Below, piece after piece: positions 1-8,232 of a stretch of DNA of 44,925 bases (its first letter is position 1; the number at the start of each line of letters is the position of its first letter). This DNA is from a virus (taxonomy: Duplodnaviria > Caudoviricetes): IMG/VR virus record IMGVR_UViG_3300023267_000003, positions 1-44,925 of that record. One strand, written 5' to 3'. The notes beneath the pieces are model-generated. The model made no database searches. It worked only from the letters and a program-made list of their open reading frames with translations, and had not been told where the DNA came from. Position numbers and translations under genes: made by a program.

Positions 1-134
1 AGGAGACGTGGGGGGGGGGGGCGATGGCAGCTCCGAACATGGCTGAGCCGCCGATGGTTTCGGTTCTGAGTTCGCTCCGGTCGGCCTTGCCTCCCTCTCG
101 CCCTGTCTTCGATGTGTTGTCGGGAGGGGTAGTC
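1..134. repeat. Terminal direct repeat, left copy (circular-assembly overlap)
   Basis: 1..134 equals 44792..44925 except position 8 (g vs t); includes a G12 run. Confidence 0.95.
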
Positions 135-492
135 ATGCTGCCTCCTTTTCCCAGCGCAATTTGGACCGGGCATCGTATTCGTCATCCGCCGCACCACCTT
201 CGCACCAAATGCGGGCCATGGCGGTGCAGCAGGCCCAGCACCAACGGAAGGTGTCCAGGTCCCCATCGGTCCTATCGACCCGATAGCGGTGCCTCTCGCC
301 GGCCAAGATCGGCTCGGCGCAGTTGTGGCAGTCGTCATGGCGCCTTGCCGCGCGCACCATCTTGTCGGTGAACGTTCGGTCGCCTTGGTCGCCAAAGTCA
401 CCGCCGAAGGGGTCGAAGCCAATCACGTCGCCTTCGAAAACGGCAAACCGGTCAGTCTCGCCTGTTCCCGCCTCTTGAGCTTTACCGGTCAT
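133..492 (-). CDS. Hypothetical protein, possible Zn-binding
   Basis: CHNC...CWAC motifs; ATGA-coupled to neighbours; SD upstream. Confidence 0.7.
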   Translation of the reverse strand: MTGKAQEAGTGETDRFAVFEGDVIGFDPFGGDFGDQGDRTFTDKMVRAARRHDDCHNCAEPILAGERHRYRVDRTDGDLDTFRWCWACCTAMARIWCEGGAADDEYDARSKLRWEKEAA

Positions 493-764
493 GGTTGTTC
501 TCCTTGGGGGTTTGATTGGTCCGGTCGCTTCGCTTCCCGTGTGTCGGCAACGGAGCCCGCGACTGCTTTCAGGGCGTCGTTGATCTTGACCGCCAACTGG
601 TCGGCATGGGTCGGGGACATGTCGGCCAGCTCTGCCAGCAGGACGCGCGACACGGCCATGTCTTCCGGCGGACCAAGCAGGGGGTCGCGGGAGCGGTCAC
701 GGTCGCGAGGGTTGTGGCGCTTGCCGAGAACGGCGGCGGCTTCGGGGGTGATGATGATGCTCAC
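489..764 (-). CDS. Hypothetical protein
   Basis: Start/stop overlap chain with GGAGG SD. Confidence 0.65.
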   Translation of the reverse strand: MSIIITPEAAAVLGKRHNPRDRDRSRDPLLGPPEDMAVSRVLLAELADMSPTHADQLAVKINDALKAVAGSVADTREAKRPDQSNPQGEQP

Positions 765-1054
765 GATGCGGCCTCCAGCATCCGGCGGATGGTCGGCAGG
801 GCTCGCAGCAGAGCCGTCAGCTTGTCCGCCTGAAAGCGTCTCTCGACGGCATCTTTCCGGGACAACAGGTCCAGCAGGCGGGCGTCAACGATGGCGGGGT
901 TTGCGCGCCAGTCATCGAAGCTGTCGATCAGGCGGATAACCTGAGGTGGGGTCAGGCTGTCCCAATAGCCTCCATGAGAAGCCGGGGCAGCAGCACAACC
1001 ACTGTCGGTCCCGCTCGAAGACGGGTGCGGTTCAGCCTCTTCCAAGCCGCTCAC
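761..1054 (-). CDS. Hypothetical protein (GTG start)
   Basis: GTGA overlap with the stop of 1051..1599; start re-called from 1165. Confidence 0.55.
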   Translation of the reverse strand: MSGLEEAEPHPSSSGTDSGCAAAPASHGGYWDSLTPPQVIRLIDSFDDWRANPAIVDARLLDLLSRKDAVERRFQADKLTALLRALPTIRRMLEAAS

Positions 1055-1599
1055 CCCACACCCCCGCCCGCACCTGTTGCGGGGTTGGGGGCGGGGTCGC
1101 TGTGCAAGGTCAGCGGCAGGCCAGGACGATAGAAGGGGCACGGGCCAAGGCCGCAGCGTTCGCAAGTGCGCGGGTAGGGCTTGGTGCCGAGCTGTAGGAC
1201 GCGGTTGCAGTTCACCGGTCCAGGCGGTATCGCGGGCTCCGCAGCGGCATCCACATGAAGCGGTTCAGCGAGTGACCCTAAATCCCCACACCCTACGGAT
1301 AGAAGGGCGCGGGCACCGTTGATGTCGGCAGCGTCGATCCATGTCTGGATGCGCGTGACCCTCGACCACGCATGGTCCCCGTTTATGGCGGCGTGGCGCT
1401 CGGCGATTTCGGCAAACGGCCTCAGCGCCTCCCGAAGCCTCTCCACCTCATCACACAGGGATGGAACATCAGTGCGGACAAGCTCCCGCTCGGCCCGGCG
1501 AGCTGCGGTGATGATTGCATTGGGATCGCCGCCCGCGCCCTTCGTCCGAGCCCGGGCCGATGTCGCCAGCCTCGCCCGTATAGTATCCAGATCATTCAT
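1051..1599 (-). CDS. Mosaic hypothetical protein with GTKPYPRTCxxCxLGPCP module
   Basis: GGAG SD; the module also occurs in 3131..5029. Confidence 0.7.
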   Translation of the reverse strand: MNDLDTIRARLATSARARTKGAGGDPNAIITAARRAERELVRTDVPSLCDEVERLREALRPFAEIAERHAAINGDHAWSRVTRIQTWIDAADINGARALLSVGCGDLGSLAEPLHVDAAAEPAIPPGPVNCNRVLQLGTKPYPRTCERCGLGPCPFYRPGLPLTLHSDPAPNPATGAGGGVG

Positions 1600-1705
1600 T
1601 TGTTGTTCTCCGGGGGGATTTGGGGTCGGGTTCGCTGCCCGCTAAGACGCCCTGCCGGGCGCGGTCAGCACCCGTGGATTGATGAGGCTGGCGGCGGCGG
1701 GTCAT
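1592..1705 (-). CDS. Small 37-aa ORF
   Basis: Translated by hand (MTRRRQPHQSTGADR...); ATGA overlap with the MTase stop. Confidence 0.3.
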   Translation of the reverse strand: MTRRRQPHQSTGADRARQGVLAGSEPDPKSPRRTTNE

Positions 1706-2463
1706 ACTGCTCTCGCTAGGCAGTGGCCGATCACCTCGGCCATTTCTGGCGGGTTGCTGTCGCCAAGCGCCTCTATTCGCTCACGTCGGTCCAGTCCGTC
1801 CGAACGCCAATCAGCCAGGACATCAGCCGGTAGCTGATCCGGGTTCCAAACACCTCGGTCAGCGGCTGACCTCTTGACCCGCTCAACCGCGCGTGGCCCC
1901 TCGGACCAGGCGAGCGCCAGTCGCGGCAGACTGGCGCAGGCAAGCAGGAACACTCGCCTGCGGATATACGGCGCACCAAGGTCGCCAGCGCCGAATTCGA
2001 GTCGGGCGACGTGGAAACCAGCCCCGGCCAGATCGTGTGACACCTGGGCTTCCCAGGCCGCGTTTCCCGGGGGCTGCTCCACGACAAACCATTGGACGCC
2101 GGAACTGAGCCCGACCCGGAGCATGTCTGACCAAAGAGAGGCCCCGGATCGTTTGCCGGTGATGGCGGCGGCGACGCTGGTCTGCTGGCAGGGTGGGCCG
2201 CCGATGATGATGTCGGACTTGACGCCGGCAAAGGTGCGGATGTCGTCATGGCGGGGAACGTCCGGGAAATGGCGCGCGAGGACAGCCAGGCGGCGAGGGT
2301 TGCGCTCTACGAAGGCGACGGTTTCGAATGGCCCAGCGCGGTGCAGGCCCGTCGCGTGACAGCCGACGCAGGAGAAGGTGTCCAGCACGCGAAGGGCAGA
2401 AGGCTTTGACACCGCTACGGGGTGACGAGCGGCGGTAGCCTCTGTGCGAGGAACGACCCCCAT
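1702..2463 (-). CDS. dcm: DNA cytosine-C5 methyltransferase-like protein (short, atypical)
   Basis: VLDTFSCVG (motif I), DIRT, IIIGGPPCQ catalytic motif IV, RRRVF motif VIII, ALGDS motif X. Confidence 0.85.
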   Translation of the reverse strand: MGVVPRTEATAARHPVAVSKPSALRVLDTFSCVGCHATGLHRAGPFETVAFVERNPRRLAVLARHFPDVPRHDDIRTFAGVKSDIIIGGPPCQQTSVAAAITGKRSGASLWSDMLRVGLSSGVQWFVVEQPPGNAAWEAQVSHDLAGAGFHVARLEFGAGDLGAPYIRRRVFLLACASLPRLALAWSEGPRAVERVKRSAADRGVWNPDQLPADVLADWRSDGLDRRERIEALGDSNPPEMAEVIGHCLARAV

Positions 2464-3134
2464 CACGACTCCCCCACTTGATCTGTAGGGGGTGCGAGAC
2501 GGTAGGCGACGATGTCGGTGGGCCAAGGCGACTTCGCAGAGCCCCAGTGCTCCCAGCGTAGGAACGTCGGGTTGGCGGCAGCCTGTTCATCGCCGCTCTG
2601 ATACCGAATATCGACCGGCCCTCTTCCGACAGGACATTCCCCGCCCTTCCATTCTATCCACCCACCCTCATCAGAGGCCTTAGGGGAGGGACATGGCTCG
2701 CTCGCAGTCGCTGCGCTTTGTGCTTCACGTTGATGGCCGTTAAAGGCCGTGAGTGCCTCCTGGATCGTGGGGTGGCGCTGACTCATGCCGCCAGACCGTG
2801 CGCGCGGATGGAGGAACACGCGGACGTAGCGACGGGCGCACGGCTCCAACTCGATCCGAACGCACTCCTCGTGAGCCGTCAGCACAAGTCGGGTCAGGCG
2901 GTCGAAGTCGAACGTCGCCAGTCCGTCGCTGCGCATGGTGAAACACACGCCGGAGCCGCAATCCCAATCGGCGGTTTCCCACTTGATCGGGATGTTATAG
3001 ACGCCGGTCCCCATCGCGTGGGTGATGATCTCAACGGCGCGGCGCTGGAACCCGGCAAGGACCGGCGCGGTGTATTTTGCCTTCCGCTTCGCGAGGGCGT
3101 TGAGGCTGCTCTGCACCCAATCGGCTGCGCTCAT
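2463..3134 (-). CDS. Two-domain hypothetical protein; C-terminal WIEWxGGECPV...DIVAYR domain
   Basis: C-terminal domain is paralogous to 9506..9703. Confidence 0.75.
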   Translation of the reverse strand: MSAADWVQSSLNALAKRKAKYTAPVLAGFQRRAVEIITHAMGTGVYNIPIKWETADWDCGSGVCFTMRSDGLATFDFDRLTRLVLTAHEECVRIELEPCARRYVRVFLHPRARSGGMSQRHPTIQEALTAFNGHQREAQSAATASEPCPSPKASDEGGWIEWKGGECPVGRGPVDIRYQSGDEQAAANPTFLRWEHWGSAKSPWPTDIVAYRLAPPTDQVGES

Positions 3135-5029
3135 GACGCACCCGTTTGCGGTTCGGCATGGTGTTCGGCCGCCGCGTCAAAACCGCACTCGAAGGCCTCG
3201 CGCAAATCAGGCCTCGCGCTCGGGAAGGGGGAGTCCTCGCGGCGCTTGCCGTCGAAGTAGGCGGCCCAGCCCGTGCGCCTGGCGTTATTGTTGTCGAGCG
3301 TGCCCATGGGCCACGGCGCGGGCGGATGGGGTGCAGCACCCGTTTGCGGTTCCGAGCCTTCTGCGGTGGGCGGGGTGGGGAGGGGCATCCAGTGGGTGGG
3401 GTAAGCAACGTGGTTGCTGGTCCGTCCGTTGAACACTTCGCGAGCCCAGCCCGGCTCGCTGAAATCGCCTCCGGGAGCCCACCACGCAACATAGGGCTTT
3501 CGGCTGGCGCTGTCGTAGAGTTCCCCGTAGCGGCTGGTGCTGGCCGCTGCGAAAACCGTTCCATCCTTCGGCGCGCTCTCAATCGGACGCCATCCCCCCT
3601 CTTGCGGGCGCGAACCAATTCCAGCAGGGGAGATTGTTTCGGGTTGGGCGCGAGGTGACAGCGCAAGCAGCGCTAGGTCGTCGATCAGCCTCGTAGCGTA
3701 GTCGATTGCCGGAGCGCTTCCGGGGCTTCGGCGAAGGCGCGCCTTGGCCTCGGCGACCCGGCCAAGAACGGCCTCGCGAATGTCCTCTGCCACCCCGCCA
3801 ATTCCAGCAGGGGGCGTGAGGGCGGCGAGACGACGAAGCTGCTCAGCCGCCGCCGTGACGATGTGCCGGAACGACCGGATTTCGCCGTTCAAGTGGGTTG
3901 ACCCCGAAACGTCCTCGCGGATCAATTCCAGGCGGTCAGCAAGCTCGCCAATCCACGTCACGGCTTCCACGCGAAGCGGTTCAGCGAGCCTCCCCTGCAC
4001 CGCCAAACCATCCTCCGGGGAGGGGGAGAGGGCCTGTGTCCAAATCCGCTTGGCCTCGTCTAGCGTGTTGGCATGGACGCCGACAAAGAAGTTGGGGCCA
4101 TCCCATCCGCCAATGGTCCCCGTGCTTTCCACGGATGCGTAGCCCTCTACTTCGCCGGTTTCATCTGACGTTTCCCGGTAGTCGCTGACGGAGGGGGGCT
4201 TGCCCGTGAAGGGGCAGTTCGGTAGCTCACCCACCACAGGGCGGAGCGGCGCGCCGGCAGGCGCATCTTGAGCCGAGAGCGAGCCCGAGCCCCCTCCTGA
4301 GATAGAAAGAGCTTGGGCCGCCATTTCCTGCGCGCGGAGAAGCGCCGACGTTGGGACTCCTTCGCCGTCATTCTCGATAGCGGCTAGTAGTGCCTCCAGC
4401 GCCTCTCGGACCCCCACCCCTCCACTAGAACGAAGGGCTATGGCCTTGAGGATGGAGTCGGCTTTGGAGAGGGCGCGCTGAACGGGCTTTCCGTATTGCC
4501 GGTCGGCCTCTGGCGGCGAGGCGCGTACCGCCAACGTCAGCCAGTTCTCAAAAGCCTTCGGATCAACAATCCGAGCAATTACCTCACGCTCAGTTAGATC
4601 GTTGTTTGGTTTGTTCGCCCCAAGAGCGCTCCGCGCGGGCTGGGCTTTCGGGAAGTAGGGGCACGGCCCAAGGCGGCAGCGCGGGCAGGTGCGCGGATAG
4701 GGCTTCGTGCCCTGCATCATCACGCGCTGGCAATCGGCGGGGGTGGGCTCTTCACCGCCAGCCGCAGCCCGAGCAATTACCTCGCGCTCAGCCAGATCGT
4801 TGTTTGGTTCCCCCAAGCCTACCGACCCAAGAGCCTGAAGGATGGCGCCTGCTGCTTCAGCGGCGCGGTCTGACATGCCGCCCTTCCGGTTTTGGGCGTA
4901 GGCGGTCAACGCCTCCATCACAATCCGAACAATCGCCTCCCTCACCTCTACAGGGATGGGCTGGGTCTTTAATTCGCTCGCGCTAAAGCGCTCCGCACCC
5001 GTCTTCGATGCCTTGTCGGAAGTGGTCAT
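3131..5029 (-). CDS. Large mosaic early protein (632 aa) with DUF551-like and CPFxG Zn-ribbon-like modules
   Basis: WRPIESAPKDGT...PTHWMPLP; LPNCPFTG; internal repeats; ATG at 5029 with AGGAG SD. Confidence 0.8.
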   Translation of the reverse strand: MTTSDKASKTGAERFSASELKTQPIPVEVREAIVRIVMEALTAYAQNRKGGMSDRAAEAAGAILQALGSVGLGEPNNDLAEREVIARAAAGGEEPTPADCQRVMMQGTKPYPRTCPRCRLGPCPYFPKAQPARSALGANKPNNDLTEREVIARIVDPKAFENWLTLAVRASPPEADRQYGKPVQRALSKADSILKAIALRSSGGVGVREALEALLAAIENDGEGVPTSALLRAQEMAAQALSISGGGSGSLSAQDAPAGAPLRPVVGELPNCPFTGKPPSVSDYRETSDETGEVEGYASVESTGTIGGWDGPNFFVGVHANTLDEAKRIWTQALSPSPEDGLAVQGRLAEPLRVEAVTWIGELADRLELIREDVSGSTHLNGEIRSFRHIVTAAAEQLRRLAALTPPAGIGGVAEDIREAVLGRVAEAKARLRRSPGSAPAIDYATRLIDDLALLALSPRAQPETISPAGIGSRPQEGGWRPIESAPKDGTVFAAASTSRYGELYDSASRKPYVAWWAPGGDFSEPGWAREVFNGRTSNHVAYPTHWMPLPTPPTAEGSEPQTGAAPHPPAPWPMGTLDNNNARRTGWAAYFDGKRREDSPFPSARPDLREAFECGFDAAAEHHAEPQTGAS

Positions 5030-5040
5030 TCTGATGGCTC

Positions 5041-5283
5041 CTAGGCGATGCGCCAGATGCGGATTTCGTCGCCGGTTTTCCGTTGCCTGAACGTGAAGCC
5101 GGTCCTTACGGCGGCAATGCCGAGACGCCCCGAAACGTGGTTCGGCTTCTCGCCAAACACCGCGAAGCTGTGGCCAGGCAACAGCGCTCGGCATGTGCTT
5201 AGGAAGGGGCCGAGCGCACGTGCCGGGACATTGGCGCGAGCGTCGGGACCGGGCGGCGGAATGTCTGTGTCGATCTTGAACAT
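5041..5283 (-). CDS. Small putative DNA-binding protein
   Basis: FKIDTDIPPP...GHSFAV...IRIWRIA pattern typical of small phage DNA-binding proteins. Confidence 0.65.
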   Translation of the reverse strand: MFKIDTDIPPPGPDARANVPARALGPFLSTCRALLPGHSFAVFGEKPNHVSGRLGIAAVRTGFTFRQRKTGDEIRIWRIA

Positions 5284-5289
5284 GCGAAT

Positions 5290-5319
5290 AATCTACTCCT
5301 GACAATTCTACAGTGTCAA
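5290..5319 (-). promoter_or_regulatory. Sigma70-like promoter overlapped by a TGACA-N9-TGTCA palindrome
   Basis: Minus strand TTGACA-N18-TAGATT, 6 nt before ATG 5283; palindrome at 5300..5318. Confidence 0.6.
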
Positions 5320-5675
5320 CGGTCTTTCCACACTATCTCGCCATTAAACTTCCGATGGCCCCGAAACCCGCCCGGCTTCTTCGGCTTGATCCCAAGGTGC
5401 TTGGCCCGCTGGCGCGCAATCTTCGCCTTGATGGCCACGTCGGCCTTGGTCTTGTGCTTGTGGGCGTCCGTGCAGATTGCGCGGATATTGAGTTCATCGT
5501 GAGTTCCGCCAAGGCACAGCGCCAACGCGTGGTCATATTCAAAATGGCCGGGCCGTAGCTTCTCCCATGGGTGAACCGCGCACCGTCCGTTCTGGCGTTC
5601 GAACACCCTGAGCTTTACGCGGGCGGGGATGGCGGCATCATCGGTCTTTCCTCGCCATGTAGGAACCACCCTCAT
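5316..5675 (-). CDS. HNH endonuclease
   Basis: EYDHALALCLGGTHDELNIRAICTDAHKHKT. Confidence 0.85.
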   Translation of the reverse strand: MRVVPTWRGKTDDAAIPARVKLRVFERQNGRCAVHPWEKLRPGHFEYDHALALCLGGTHDELNIRAICTDAHKHKTKADVAIKAKIARQRAKHLGIKPKKPGGFRGHRKFNGEIVWKDR

Positions 5676-5723
5676 CGAACAGCCCCACAGGTCGGGCGGA
5701 ATTGGGATTCTCCTACGGTGTAT

Positions 5724-6128
5724 TCAGTCATCATCGGTCACCGTGAACGTCACTCCGTTTTCGAGGCCCCATGCCAGCACAAGCTCCATCAGGTCGCTAA
5801 GCTCCGCTTTGGTCATTTTTGACGTGCGAGGCGAGAGGATGACGATGGAGGTTCCGTCCAGGCTGGGGACCGTGCGAAGCTCTTGCTTGAGCGCCGCCGC
5901 GAACACCCGTCGCCAATCGTCCACCCGCATTTTAACGCCGTGGTAGTCCTTCTGCGTGGCAATGTCGGTCAACATGGAGTGCAGGCGACGGTTCTGCTCA
6001 AGCGTCCGCAGCGGCCCCTCAAAGGTCACCACGCTATCGTCCTCCGCTTGCCCTATCAGCTTCGCCGCGTACATGCGGTTAGCCGGGGTGCGGAGGACGA
6101 CGGTATGCTTGGCGAGGGGCTCGCTCAT
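5724..6128 (-). CDS. ninB: NinB/Orf-family recombination protein
   Basis: RTLEQNRRLHSMLTDIA...RTSKMTKAELSDLME. Confidence 0.9.
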   Translation of the reverse strand: MSEPLAKHTVVLRTPANRMYAAKLIGQAEDDSVVTFEGPLRTLEQNRRLHSMLTDIATQKDYHGVKMRVDDWRRVFAAALKQELRTVPSLDGTSIVILSPRTSKMTKAELSDLMELVLAWGLENGVTFTVTDDD

Positions 6129-6130
6129 GG

Positions 6131-6373
6131 TCAGAAAGGGAAATCCGCGTCGTCATTGGATTGCGGTGCGGCCTGTTGCTGGCGTTGTTCGCCTTCGTCG
6201 CGCTCCAGCTTGCCGGACATATACACCTGACCGGACTTGCTCTTGTCCATCCAGATTCCGCCCTTGATCCGAGCGCCCTCAAAGTCACCGACAAGGCGAT
6301 AGTCGGGCTGTTTGGAACCAGCCTCCTTCTTGTCGTTCTTGAAAATAGCGATGCGGTTTTGGTCGTTGCTCAT
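6131..6373 (-). CDS. Small SSB-like protein (DUF736-like)
   Basis: FKNDKK...PDYR, acidic DDADFPF C-terminal tail; adjacent to ERF. Confidence 0.7.
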   Translation of the reverse strand: MSNDQNRIAIFKNDKKEAGSKQPDYRLVGDFEGARIKGGIWMDKSKSGQVYMSGKLERDEGEQRQQQAAPQSNDDADFPF

Positions 6374-7071
6374 TTGGTTTCCAGTTCTGCAAGGCGCGTG
6401 TCGGCCTCGTCTCTAAGGGTTGTCCGCCAAGTTTTCGGCATGGTGGCGATACCGGCGGCGTAGGTTCGGCATAGGTCTTGCCACGTCTCTTTCGTGGGCG
6501 TGTCTTTGAGGGCATGTCGCAGCTCGTTATAGTCGGCCTCAAGGCCCTGTCGCTTGGCCTCGGCGGGAGACAGGCCCGGACCCGAACAGCCCCACCAATC
6601 CACGCCGTCGATTGAGCCTGCCCCCGTATCTCGCGGAGCGGTTCCAAGGCCATTTGCCGGGGCTTGGCGGGGGGCCACAGGCGCGGAAGCCGCTTGGCCG
6701 TCGTCATCCACCGGAGCAAGCCCGAGGGCCGCCATAAGGGCGTAGCGACGACCGTAGGTGATGGCCGACCCTGCGCCTTGGGCATCGAACTTGGTCAGCG
6801 GGATTTGCGCCTCGCTCTCGATCCACTGGCCGCTTTCGTGTAGAATGCGCGTGGTGATGGAGATGGCCTTTCCGTCGAACGAACCGACGCCCTGCAAGAC
6901 CGCCAGCTTGTGCGTCCACAACTGAGCGCGAGCGTGGTCGATGACCGCCTCCAAACTGGCGTAGTCGTTCTTGTAATGGGGATTCTTGCTGTCCTTCTTC
7001 ACGCCCAGCAAGTTGGACAGGCACTCGACCAGCGCAGGACTGATCTTGTCGATTTCGGGGGACTGGTTCAT
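6370..7071 (-). CDS. erf: ERF-family ssDNA-annealing protein
   Basis: KNPHYKNDYASL...HESGQWI...GSAITYGRRYALMAALGL..DDDG. Confidence 0.92.
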   Translation of the reverse strand: MNQSPEIDKISPALVECLSNLLGVKKDSKNPHYKNDYASLEAVIDHARAQLWTHKLAVLQGVGSFDGKAISITTRILHESGQWIESEAQIPLTKFDAQGAGSAITYGRRYALMAALGLAPVDDDGQAASAPVAPRQAPANGLGTAPRDTGAGSIDGVDWWGCSGPGLSPAEAKRQGLEADYNELRHALKDTPTKETWQDLCRTYAAGIATMPKTWRTTLRDEADTRLAELETK

Positions 7072-7232
7072 GCTGTTTCCTTCAGCGCCGCTCGAATGTC
7101 TTTGGCGTATTGTCTGATGTGTGGGGCGGACGATCTAGCAAACACAGCCGCCATGCGCTTGAGGCTGTCAGGCGACTTGTAAAAGCCGCGCCAGAACCAC
7201 TTACCGTCCTTGGCTGATAGGGGGTGGGTCAT
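7068..7232 (-). CDS. Small hypothetical protein
   Basis: ATGA-coupled; start re-called. Confidence 0.55.
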   Translation of the reverse strand: MTHPLSAKDGKWFWRGFYKSPDSLKRMAAVFARSSAPHIRQYAKDIRAALKETA

Positions 7233-7384
7233 TTGCGGCTTCGAACCAACGACAAAAGCAAGAGCGCCGCTCCGTGTCCGAACACCAGTCCGCCCATAAA
7301 TGGAAGCACGGAAATGTGCCATATGAGAGCTGCGCTCACCATGAGCAGACCAGCAAGGGCGACGATCAGCGGGTAATATTTCAC
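7229..7384 (-). CDS. Small 2-TM membrane protein (not in ORF track)
   Basis: Translated by hand MKYYPLIVALAGLLMVSAALIWH...; GTGA/ATGA coupling. Confidence 0.55.
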   Translation of the reverse strand: MKYYPLIVALAGLLMVSAALIWHISVLPFMGGLVFGHGAALLLLSLVRSRK

Positions 7385-7518
7385 AGCTCACTCCCCTTAA
7401 CGATGAACAACCGCCCAAAGGCCTCAACCATGTCTATGGCGTCTCCCCATAGGCCTAGGAGGTTGCGGGAAATCCAGCGGCGGTCTTTGTGGTAGCGTAT
7501 GATGATGCAGGGAGTCAT
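7381..7518 (-). CDS. Small hypothetical protein (not in ORF track)
   Basis: MTPCIIIRYHKDRRW...; coupled at both ends. Confidence 0.5.
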   Translation of the reverse strand: MTPCIIIRYHKDRRWISRNLLGLWGDAIDMVEAFGRLFIVKGSEL

Positions 7519-7679
7519 TTGCGTCCCCGCCCGAGGTCGTAAATGGCAGCCGCCATGGCTATCAGGCTAACCACGACGCCCAGCGCCGGAATCCACCACA
7601 CGTTTCCGGCTTGAGCGTTAGCGACCGTAGCCGAGAACGCCCAGCACGCGCTACACAGCCAAGCACTGACGCGGTTCAT
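7515..7679 (-). CDS. Small hydrophobic protein (not in ORF track)
   Basis: MNRVSAWLCSACWAF...WWIPALGVVVSLIAMAAAIY; coupled at both ends. Confidence 0.5.
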   Translation of the reverse strand: MNRVSAWLCSACWAFSATVANAQAGNVWWIPALGVVVSLIAMAAAIYDLGRGRK

Positions 7680-7939
7680 TGTCCAATAATCCCAAACAGG
7701 GTTTTCACAAACGCTTCCCGCCCAGCCTTGGCGTTCTCAGCCGCATCAAGTTGCAGGGCTTTCGCAACATATTCGCTAGCTTTTTGCGAATGGTGTTCCG
7801 CGACTGCAAAATCGCCAGCCTCACGGGCGGATTGTGCCAGCGACGTCCAACTCCCCGAAATTCGGCGGAGCGTGTCGGCGTCCATGGGGGTTTCGGGCTC
7901 AAACTGGTCGTCTACGCCAGTGGTTGATTTACCGGTCAT
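7676..7939 (-). CDS. Hypothetical protein
   Basis: Coupled operon member. Confidence 0.65.
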   Translation of the reverse strand: MTGKSTTGVDDQFEPETPMDADTLRRISGSWTSLAQSAREAGDFAVAEHHSQKASEYVAKALQLDAAENAKAGREAFVKTLFGIIGQ

Positions 7940-8232
7940 CGGTCAGCCTTCCAGCTATCAGGGTCATATTGAGAACGAGAGGCCCGCGTCGGCTTGTCGT
8001 CACACGCCCGACAAATCCGCCCACGGCTAGACCACACCATGTCCTCGGAGAACCAACGAAGGTCACAGCATTCGCAGGGCTCCGTCTCATCGTGAACGAA
8101 GGCCGCACGGTCGGCGGGGTCGGTCCCGGCGCGGTCCGTGATGATGGCCTGACCACGTTCGGATTCAGGATCGAACGGCTCGCCAAGGTGGGGGCGTTGC
8201 CAGTCGGTGAGGGTTGCGGCGGTTAGGGTCAT
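7936..8232 (-). CDS. Hypothetical Zn-finger-like protein
   Basis: CECC...CRAC; ATGA overlap. Confidence 0.65.
   Translation of the reverse strand: MTLTAATLTDWQRPHLGEPFDPESERGQAIITDRAGTDPADRAAFVHDETEPCECCDLRWFSEDMVWSSRGRICRACDDKPTRASRSQYDPDSWKADR

Noticed and set aside
1-134. Terminal repeat as a biological DTR
   Set aside because: The 126-nt exact overlap falls mid-gene at a homopolymer, which fits an assembler circularisation overlap better than a packaging end.
3131-4810. CRISPR array or diversity-generating retroelement
   Set aside because: The repeats are different pairs, not one repeat with spacers; no cas or reverse transcriptase gene, and no adenine-specific TR/VR pair seen.
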